This document shows, piece after piece, positions 57,151 through 64,000 of a stretch of DNA of 64,000 nt. The notes beneath the pieces were generated by a model. That model had not been told where the DNA came from. It did no database searches and saw only the letters and a program-made list of their open reading frames with translations. Within the stretch, counting starts at the first letter, position 1. Each line of letters begins with the position of its first letter. The position numbers and the translations under genes were made by a program. The DNA comes from Alphaproteobacteria bacterium. Lineage in GTDB: Bacteria; Pseudomonadota; Alphaproteobacteria; Caulobacterales; Parvularculaceae. The stretch is from assembly GCA_016125425.1 (NCBI GenBank), contig WGLT01000008.1, forward strand, positions 11,445 to 75,444. The letters are read 5' to 3'.

Positions 57151-58188
57151 ATGAAATTTTTTCTCGCTGAAGCCGAACAGAAACGTCACTACCCGGAATT
57201 TTTTCTGGTGAACGGCGTCAACAAACCCAATCCCGAACAGCCCGAGCGCGTCGATCGGTTGAGGGCGGGCGCGATCGCCGCAGGGCTGAAGGAGGCGCGG
57301 CCGAAAGACTATGGCCTCGATCCGGTGGCGGCCGTGCAGGCCGGACGCTATCTTGAATTCATGCAATCGGCGTATCGGCGCTGGGCGCGCATCGAGGGCG
57401 CCGCGCCCGCGATCACGCCCAACATCCATCCGAACCGGCGCGACTTCGATTATCCGCTGTCGGTTGTCGCGCAGGCGGGCTTTCACATGCTCGACGCCGG
57501 CTGCCCGATCGGCGCCGACACCTATGAATCCTCGCTCTGGAGCGCCTGGACAGCGGTCGCCGCCGCCGACGAGATTCTCGCGGGCGCGCGCGCAGCCTAT
57601 GCGCTGTGCCGCCCGCCGGGCCATCACGCAACCGCCGACGCCGCGGCGGGCTTTTGCTATTTCAACAACGCCGCGATCGCCGCGCGGCGCTTGCAGAAGA
57701 GCTTTCCGCGCGTGGCGATCCTCGATGTCGACGTCCATCACGGCAACGGAACGCAAGAGATCTTCTACCGATCGCGCGATGTGCTCACCGTCTCCCTACA
57801 CGCCGACCCGAAGCGTTTTTACCCATTCTTCTGGGGCCACGCCGACGAGCGCGGCGAGGACGCGGGCGAAGGGTTCAATTTGAACCTTCCGCTGCCGCGC
57901 GGCGCGGGCGATGAGGATTATCTCGCCGCGCTCGATATCGGCCTCGACCGCATCGCCGATTTCGCGCCGGATGCGCTCATCGTCGCGCTCGGTCTCGACG
58001 CTTCGAAAGACGATCCTTTCGCCGGTCTCGCTGTGACGACGAAAGGCTTTGAGCAAATCGCAAGCAAAATCGCGCGGCGCTTTGACAGTCCGAGCCTTCT
58101 TGTTCAGGAAGGCGGCTATCTTTGCGACGCGCTCGGCGCCAATCTGACGGCGTTTCTGACGGGTTTTCAGGCCGGGAGAAGATTATGA
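57151..58188 (+). CDS. histone-deacetylase-family amidohydrolase (acetylpolyamine amidohydrolase-like)
   Basis: 345-aa ORF. CRPPGHHA, FCYFNNAAIAA, LDVDVHHGNGTQEIFY zinc-site motifs. Confidence 0.9.
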   Translation: MKFFLAEAEQKRHYPEFFLVNGVNKPNPEQPERVDRLRAGAIAAGLKEARPKDYGLDPVAAVQAGRYLEFMQSAYRRWARIEGAAPAITPNIHPNRRDFDYPLSVVAQAGFHMLDAGCPIGADTYESSLWSAWTAVAAADEILAGARAAYALCRPPGHHATADAAAGFCYFNNAAIAARRLQKSFPRVAILDVDVHHGNGTQEIFYRSRDVLTVSLHADPKRFYPFFWGHADERGEDAGEGFNLNLPLPRGAGDEDYLAALDIGLDRIADFAPDALIVALGLDASKDDPFAGLAVTTKGFEQIASKIARRFDSPSLLVQEGGYLCDALGANLTAFLTGFQAGRRL

Positions 58189-59552
58189 AGACGACTCCGA
58201 ATTCGATGGAGGCGCGCGATCTCGCCGCCGTTTTCCACCCGGCGACGAATCTCAAGCAATTGCGGCAGACCGGCCCCGCCTATTTCGAGCGCGGCGAAGG
58301 CATATTCGTCTACGATTCAACGGGCCGCGATTTCATCGAAGGCGTCGCCGGCTTGTGGTGCGCGTCTCTCGGTCACGGCGTTGAGGAAATCGCCGACGCG
58401 GCGCGCGAGGCCATGCTCGATTATTCCTTTTCGCATCTCTTTGGAGGCAGAACGCACAAGAGCGCGATCGAACTGGCGGAAAAGCTGAAAGAACTCGCGC
58501 CCGTCCCGATGGGAAAAGTCTTTTTCGGCTGTTCAGGCTCGGATGCAAATGACACGCAGGTCAAACTGCTGCGCTATTACAATAACGCGCTCGGCCGCCC
58601 GAAGAAGAAAAAGATCATCGCGCGCGAACGCGCTTATCACGGCGTGACAGTCGCGAGCGGCAGCCTCACGGGACTGCCGAAATTTCACGCCCTGTTCGAC
58701 CTGCCGATGGAGGGAATCATTCGCGTTCCCGCGCCCTATCCTTATCGCGACGCGCAGGCCGGCGAGACAGACGCCGAATACGCAAAGCGCCTCGGCGACG
58801 ATCTCGAAGAGACGATTTTGCGCGAAGGCCCGGAGACGATCGCCGGCTTCATCGCCGAGCCGGTGATGGGCGTGGGCGGCGTTCTGATCCCGCCGAAAGG
58901 ATATTTCGAACGCGTGCGCGCGATTTGCGACAAATACGACATCATTCTCATCGACGACGAAGTGATCTGCGGCTTCTGGCGCACAGGAAAATGCTTCGGC
59001 GCGGAGTCGACCGGCATGAAGCCCGACACGATCACGGCGGCGAAAGCGCTGTCTTCGGCTTACGCGCCGATCAGCGCGGTCATGGTTCCCGACCGGATTT
59101 ACGACGCGCTGATCGAACCGAGCGGCGAGCTTGGCTCCTTCGCGCACGGCTTCACTTATTCCGGTCATCCGGTTTCCTGCGCGGTCGCGCTGAAAACGCT
59201 GGAGCTCTATGAGCGCTGGGACATCGCCGCGCAGGTCGCCGATGTCGGCCCGTATTTTCAAAAGAAGCTCGCCGGTTTCGCCGATCACCCGCTGGTCGGC
59301 GAGGCGCGCGGGATCGGTCTCGTCGGCGCGCTCGAATTTGTCGCCGACAAGAAGACGAAGGAGAGTTTCGGCGGCGCCGGCGGCGCGGCGATTGACCGGG
59401 CCTGCCGCGAAGAGGGCTTGATCCTTCGGCCTCTGGGCGACACGATCGCCTTTTGTCCGCCGCTCATCATTACGCGCGATGAAATCGACGAGCTGTTCGC
59501 CCGTTTCTCACGCGCGCTCGAAAAGGCGGCGCCGGCGTTGACAAACGGATGA
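58185..59552 (+). CDS. class III aminotransferase (putrescine/beta-alanine-pyruvate type)
   Basis: In-frame ATG 58185 (MKTTPNSMEARDLAAVFHP...) overlaps the HDAC-type gene stop (ATGA). CSGSDANDTQVKL, ILIDDEVICGFWRTGK, TAAKALSSAYAPIS. Confidence 0.9.
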   Translation: MKTTPNSMEARDLAAVFHPATNLKQLRQTGPAYFERGEGIFVYDSTGRDFIEGVAGLWCASLGHGVEEIADAAREAMLDYSFSHLFGGRTHKSAIELAEKLKELAPVPMGKVFFGCSGSDANDTQVKLLRYYNNALGRPKKKKIIARERAYHGVTVASGSLTGLPKFHALFDLPMEGIIRVPAPYPYRDAQAGETDAEYAKRLGDDLEETILREGPETIAGFIAEPVMGVGGVLIPPKGYFERVRAICDKYDIILIDDEVICGFWRTGKCFGAESTGMKPDTITAAKALSSAYAPISAVMVPDRIYDALIEPSGELGSFAHGFTYSGHPVSCAVALKTLELYERWDIAAQVADVGPYFQKKLAGFADHPLVGEARGIGLVGALEFVADKKTKESFGGAGGAAIDRACREEGLILRPLGDTIAFCPPLIITRDEIDELFARFSRALEKAAPALTNG

Positions 59553-59577
59553 ACTTGGCAAGAGGAGGGGGCGAGTC

Positions 59578-61566
59578 ATGCGGCGAAGCGTGTTATGCAT
59601 GCTGGCCGGTTTGGCGATCGCGTCGACCGCCCCGGCCGTGGCGCAGGAAAAGCCCCTCCTCTCCGTCGCTGACATCCACAAGCTGAAGGACATTTCCGAT
59701 CCGGTTATCTCTCCGGACGGACGCTATGTCGCCTACGTTGTTTCCGGTCACAATCTCAAATCGGACGAAACTGTCAGCGACATTTGGCGCGTCCCCTTCG
59801 CCGGCGGCAAAGAGGAAAATCTCACCAAGAGCAAAGATGCAAGCGAGTCCGAGCCGCGCTACAGCCGCGACGGAAAATGGCTCGCCTTCCTTTCCGACAA
59901 GGGCAAGGACGCAGACGTTCAGGTCTGGATGATGAAGGCGAAAGGCGGTCATGCCCGCCGAGTGACGCGCATAAAGGGCGGCGTATCCGATTTCGCGATC
60001 TCTCCCGACGGAACGAAAATCCTGCTGACCGCCGAAGTCGGCAAGACGGTCGGCGACAAGAGCGACACGCAGCCGCCGATCGTCATCACGCGGTTCCAGT
60101 TCAAGCAGGACGTACGCGGATATCTCGACGACCGGCGATTGCAGCTTTTTCTTGTCGACGTCAAAAGCGGCGAGACCCAGCAACTGACGAGCGGCGATTT
60201 CGATTGCTGGTTTCCCGATTTCTCGCCGGACGGCCGGCTCGTTTCCTTCGTGTCGAACCGGCGCCCCGAGGGCCAGCGCGGATTCGACTACGATGTCTGG
60301 GTGATGAAACCGGAAAAAGGCGCCGCGCCGCGCCGGCTCGGCGCCGATGAGGGCGATGACAGCGATCCCGACTGGGGCATGCCGCCGCAATGGTCGCCGG
60401 ATTCAAAACAAATCGTCTGGCTCGCTGCGGGCGACGACAAATGGATCTATTACGCTCCGTTCCAGATGGTCGTCGGCGACGTCGCGACCAGCGCGACGCG
60501 ACGTGTCGCCAATATCGACCGCTGGTTCTATCACCCGCGCTGGTCGAGCGACGGAAAGTCTCTTTACGCGCTGATCGAACAGGACCGCGCGACCTGGCTT
60601 GCGAGAATCGATCCTGAAACGGACAAGATCGACTATCTGACGTCGGGAGAACGCTTCGGCTATGACTTCGCCGTCGGCCCGAAGGACGAAATCGCCGTGC
60701 TCGACGGCGATCCGGAACACCCTTACGCGCTGCGCGCCCTGGGCGCGAACCCCCTTGCCCTCACCCATCAAAATGACTGGCTTGACGCCTACCGGCTCGG
60801 CGAAACCAGGGGAGTCAGCGCCAGGAGCGACGGAATCGACATCAACGGACTTCTCGTCCTGCCGCCGGATTACAAACCCGGGACAGCCTATCCGATGATC
60901 GTGCGCGTGCACGGCGGTCCGGTCTACCAGTTCTCCTGGGAGTTCATGTTCGACTGGCAGGTCTACGCCGCCAACGGATTTGTCGTGCTTGGCCCCAATC
61001 CGCGCGGCTCATCGGGACGCGGCTTCGATTTTGCGAGGGCGATTTACGCCGATTGGGGCGATCTTGACGTCAAGGACGCGCATGCGCTCGTCGACAAGGT
61101 TGTCGAGGAGGGAATCGCCGACAAAACGCGACTCGGCGTGGGCGGCTGGAGCTATGGCGGCATACTGACGGATTATCTTGTCGCCTCGGACACGCGGTTC
61201 AAGGCCGGGATCAGCGGCGCCGGCATGGGCGATTTCATTGCCGGCTATGGCGACGACCAATATGCGCGCGAATATGAGCTTGAGCTCGGGACGCCCTGGC
61301 GCGATCTCGATACCTATCTGAAGATCAGCTATCCCTTTTTCCATGCCGACCGCATCAAGACGCCGACCATGTTTCAGTGCGGTACGGCCGATTTCAACGT
61401 GCCCTGCATCGGCGCGGAGCAGATGTATCAGGCGTTGAAATCCCTCGACGTCCCGGCCCGGCTCATAATCTATCCGGGCGAAAATCACGGTCTGACGACG
61501 CCAAGCTATATTGAGGACCGGCTTCAACGCGATCTTGATTGGTATAATGAATATTTGAAGAAATAG
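59578..61566 (+). CDS. S9-family serine peptidase (prolyl oligopeptidase/dipeptidyl aminopeptidase type) with beta-propeller
   Basis: 662-aa ORF, signal peptide. PD40-like blades (ISPDGRYVAY, YSRDGKWLAF, FSPDGRLVSF, WSPDSKQIVW). Catalytic GGWSYGG, later D and H (GENHGL). Confidence 0.9.
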   Translation: MRRSVLCMLAGLAIASTAPAVAQEKPLLSVADIHKLKDISDPVISPDGRYVAYVVSGHNLKSDETVSDIWRVPFAGGKEENLTKSKDASESEPRYSRDGKWLAFLSDKGKDADVQVWMMKAKGGHARRVTRIKGGVSDFAISPDGTKILLTAEVGKTVGDKSDTQPPIVITRFQFKQDVRGYLDDRRLQLFLVDVKSGETQQLTSGDFDCWFPDFSPDGRLVSFVSNRRPEGQRGFDYDVWVMKPEKGAAPRRLGADEGDDSDPDWGMPPQWSPDSKQIVWLAAGDDKWIYYAPFQMVVGDVATSATRRVANIDRWFYHPRWSSDGKSLYALIEQDRATWLARIDPETDKIDYLTSGERFGYDFAVGPKDEIAVLDGDPEHPYALRALGANPLALTHQNDWLDAYRLGETRGVSARSDGIDINGLLVLPPDYKPGTAYPMIVRVHGGPVYQFSWEFMFDWQVYAANGFVVLGPNPRGSSGRGFDFARAIYADWGDLDVKDAHALVDKVVEEGIADKTRLGVGGWSYGGILTDYLVASDTRFKAGISGAGMGDFIAGYGDDQYAREYELELGTPWRDLDTYLKISYPFFHADRIKTPTMFQCGTADFNVPCIGAEQMYQALKSLDVPARLIIYPGENHGLTTPSYIEDRLQRDLDWYNEYLKK

Positions 61567-61681
61567 CTTCGCCCGTCGGACGCCGCCTGAAAAAGCGGGA
61601 CCCGGATCAACGCCCCGGTTGCGAGCCTGATATTCAGGAGGCGGACGGCGCGCGGACTGTCAAGCGCCATGGACTCTGGCG

Positions 61682-62842
61682 TTAGGGCGTTTCGTCCAGC
61701 CGGTTGAATTTCCGCAACACGTCCTGCAACGCCTTGTGATCGACCGCTTTGACGACATGGCCGTCTTCGCCGGTCATGTCCTTCGCGGCGATCATGGCGT
61801 TGATAATCGCCTCCTCCGTCGCCTCGATCGTCGCGAGAAACAGCGGATCGAGCCGCGCATTGGTCAGCATTTTGACTTCTTGCGCGTTGCCGTCCTGCTC
61901 GGCGCCCTTATTCGCCGTCGAGAAGGCGATGAAGAGATCGCCCGACCCGTCGCCGGAATAGCCGCCGTCGCGCGCGAGCCCCATCGCCGCGCGTTTCGCC
62001 ATGGCTTTCAGCTGAGGCGGTATGAGCGGGGCGTCCGTTGCGACGACAATGATGATTGAGCCCTCATCCTTCGCCTCGTCGCGCGGATAAATGAGATCGT
62101 TGCGCAGATATTTCCCGACAGGAACGCCGGCGATCGTCAGCGTATCGCGCACGCCGTAATTGGCCTGCACGAGAACGCCGACCGTGAACTTACCGTCCGG
62201 TGTTCGCACGACGCGCGAAGCGGCGCCGATGCCGCATTTGAACTCGTGGCATTTCATCCCCGTGCCGCCGCCGACATTGCCTTCGGCTACCGGCCCCGGC
62301 TTCGCCGCCTCAAGCGCGCGGCCAGCGTCCTCTTCCGTCACATGAAAGCCGTTGATGTCGTTAAGATAGCCGTCCCAGGTTTCCGCGACGACGGGCAGCG
62401 ACCACCAATAGCCGCTCGCATCGGGAACGCCCTGCTTGACCCGCCATTTGATCACGCCGTCGCGCACGACGCCGACGCTGTGCGTATTGGTGATCATCAC
62501 CGGGCCTTCGAGCATGCCGGACTCTTCGATCCATTGCACGCCCGTCATCTCGCCATTGCCGTTCATGGCGAAGACGCCGGCGAAGACCGGGTCCTGAAGC
62601 GTTCCTTTCCCGCGCGGCAGGATCGCGGTGACGCCGGTGCGCGCCTTGTGACCGTTCTTGTAGTCTTTGATGATGGTGACCTGTCCGACGGTGACGCCGG
62701 CGACATCGGTGATCGCATTCAAAGGCCCTGGCGTTCCGTCAAAGGGAACGCCGAGGTCGCGCGCGCGCGGCTGCGCAGGCGACGCGGCGAGCGGCGAGAC
62801 GAGCAGAGCCAGCGCCGCCGCGATGAAAAACGCGCGCCGCAT
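61682..62842 (-). CDS. DmpA/BapA-type (P1/S58 family, Ntn) aminopeptidase, secreted
   Basis: 386-aa ORF, signal peptide. ITDVAGVTVGQ, TGVTAILP, GNVGGGTGMKCHEFKCGIGAAS (self-processing region), IVVATDAPL. Confidence 0.85.
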   Translation of the reverse strand: MRRAFFIAAALALLVSPLAASPAQPRARDLGVPFDGTPGPLNAITDVAGVTVGQVTIIKDYKNGHKARTGVTAILPRGKGTLQDPVFAGVFAMNGNGEMTGVQWIEESGMLEGPVMITNTHSVGVVRDGVIKWRVKQGVPDASGYWWSLPVVAETWDGYLNDINGFHVTEEDAGRALEAAKPGPVAEGNVGGGTGMKCHEFKCGIGAASRVVRTPDGKFTVGVLVQANYGVRDTLTIAGVPVGKYLRNDLIYPRDEAKDEGSIIIVVATDAPLIPPQLKAMAKRAAMGLARDGGYSGDGSGDLFIAFSTANKGAEQDGNAQEVKMLTNARLDPLFLATIEATEEAIINAMIAAKDMTGEDGHVVKAVDHKALQDVLRKFNRLDETP

Positions 62843-62845
62843 CGC

Positions 62846-64000
62846 CTATTCCGCCGGCGCCTTGACGATGACGCCGCCTTTCATAACCGCCGAGACGTGT
62901 TCGAGAACCGTAATGTCTTTGAGCGGATCGCCCCTGACCGCGATCATGTCGGCATAGTGACCGGCGCTCACTGCGCCGACATCCTTGCTCCATTTCAAAA
63001 GCGCGGCCGCGCTCGTCGTCGCCGACTGGATCGCCTGCATCGGCGTCATTCCGTATTTCACCATATAGCGAAACTGCTTGGCGTTATCGCCGTGCGGATA
63101 AACGCCGGAGTCGGTGCCATAGGCGATCTTGACGCCCATTTTCACCGCCTTGCTGAAAACTTCGCGCTGAGTTTCCGTTGTCTCGCGATTTTTGCGCAAG
63201 GTCTCTTCCGGCCAGTGATCGCGCGTGCCGACTTCGTCGATATAATCGCCGTTATAGATGTCGGCGACGAGCCAGACGCCGCGTTTTTTCATCATCTGCA
63301 ACGCCTCGTCATCAAGCAGCGAGCCGTGTTCGATCGATCGAACGCCGGCGCGGATCGCCATCTTCGCGCCTTCCGCGCCGTGCGCATGCGCCGCGACCGA
63401 TACGCCGTACATTTTCGCCTCTTCAACGCCGGCGCGCATTTCGTCTTCGGTCAGCTCCGGCATGCCGGGCTCGGTGCCGACGGTGAGAACCGCGCCGGTC
63501 GCGATGAATTTCAGCCAGTCGACATGATGCTGCAGCAGAAAGCGCGCTTTCTGGCGCATATCCTCAGGCCCTCTGACGACGCCGCGCCGAAATTCGTCCG
63601 GAATTTTCACGTCGTCCGCGAGCCCTGTAATGTCGCCGCCGCCTCCCGGAATGGTGAGATAGGCGCCGACGACCGCCATGCGCGGGCCGACGACGTAACC
63701 GTTATTGATCGCATCCCGCAGCGCGACGTCCGTAAAGGCCCGCCATGTTCCGACATCGCGAATGGTCGTGAACCCGGCGAACAGCGTATCGCGCGCATTC
63801 TTGACTCCGATCAGCGCGTCCTGCGCCTGATCGGACATCAAGGGATCGGCGATGCCCGACTGGATCGCGCCGATCACATGCGTGTGCATGTCCATCAGGC
63901 CGGGCAAAACAGTGTAGCCTGACCAGTCGATCAGTTCGCCGTCGCTCGGCGCGCCCTTGAACGGTTCGACCGAGGCGACGCGTCCGTCGACGATCTTGAT
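62846..64000 (-). CDS. metal-dependent amidohydrolase-superfamily protein (5' end beyond the window)
   Basis: The ORF is open to the window edge; my extension reads ..IKIVDGRVASVEPFKGAPSDGELIDWSGYTVLPGLMDMHTHV. AAHAHG and HGSLL motifs are typical of the amidohydrolase fold. Stop lies 3 nt from the DmpA-like start. Confidence 0.85.
   Translation of the reverse strand: MKIVDGRVASVEPFKGAPSDGELIDWSGYTVLPGLMDMHTHVIGAIQSGIADPLMSDQAQDALIGVKNARDTLFAGFTTIRDVGTWRAFTDVALRDAINNGYVVGPRMAVVGAYLTIPGGGGDITGLADDVKIPDEFRRGVVRGPEDMRQKARFLLQHHVDWLKFIATGAVLTVGTEPGMPELTEDEMRAGVEEAKMYGVSVAAHAHGAEGAKMAIRAGVRSIEHGSLLDDEALQMMKKRGVWLVADIYNGDYIDEVGTRDHWPEETLRKNRETTETQREVFSKAVKMGVKIAYGTDSGVYPHGDNAKQFRYMVKYGMTPMQAIQSATTSAAALLKWSKDVGAVSAGHYADMIAVRGDPLKDITVLEHVSAVMKGGVIVKAPAE

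Overview
High-GC (about two-thirds G+C by eye) chromosomal segment with alphaproteobacterial, Hyphomicrobiales/Rhizobiales-like housekeeping synteny: gatB ... gatA-gatC, ruvX-pyrB-plsY-dprA-topA-rnr, aspartate aminotransferase, dps, tRNA-Thr(UGU), nadK, tolC, glk. I call 55 protein-coding genes (two run off the window ends) and one tRNA. I see no rRNA, CRISPR, transposase, integrase or phage genes. Accessory-looking content falls into four blocks. (i) 1-9.5 kb: a tandemly duplicated AraC / TonB-dependent receptor / alpha-beta-hydrolase module ending in an MFS permease; one AraC copy is reduced to its HTH domain, and a conserved 66-nt block lies upstream of both receptors. (ii) 12.1-17.5 kb, wedged between gatB and gatA: an orphan Phd/YefM antitoxin, perfect 16-bp palindromes, a rubrerythrin / HdrD-like CCG iron-sulfur protein / DUF3501 operon of unknown function, an alpha/beta hydrolase and a low-GC acyltransferase-3 gene. 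(iii) 39.2-41.0 kb: a degenerate-EAL protein with a long acidic disordered region, a perfect in-frame 36-bp tandem duplication and a basic/aromatic C-terminus. (iv) 43.7-64 kb: a translationally coupled FAD-oxidoreductase / M16 peptidase / Rieske oxygenase trio, followed by an amine/peptide catabolic island. The island holds an NhaC-type transporter, a TolB-propeller-PHP hydrolase, an SSAT-like GNAT, a BKACE/DUF849 enzyme, a LysR regulator overlapping the first of two class-III aminotransferases, an HDAC-type amidohydrolase, an S9 peptidase, a DmpA/BapA-type aminopeptidase and an amidohydrolase. My best candidates for an undescribed system are the BKACE-centred amine/beta-amino-acid island and the rubrerythrin-CCG-DUF3501 operon. 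Both are hypotheses from gene content only. All product calls come from motif recognition in the supplied translations; no database search was possible.
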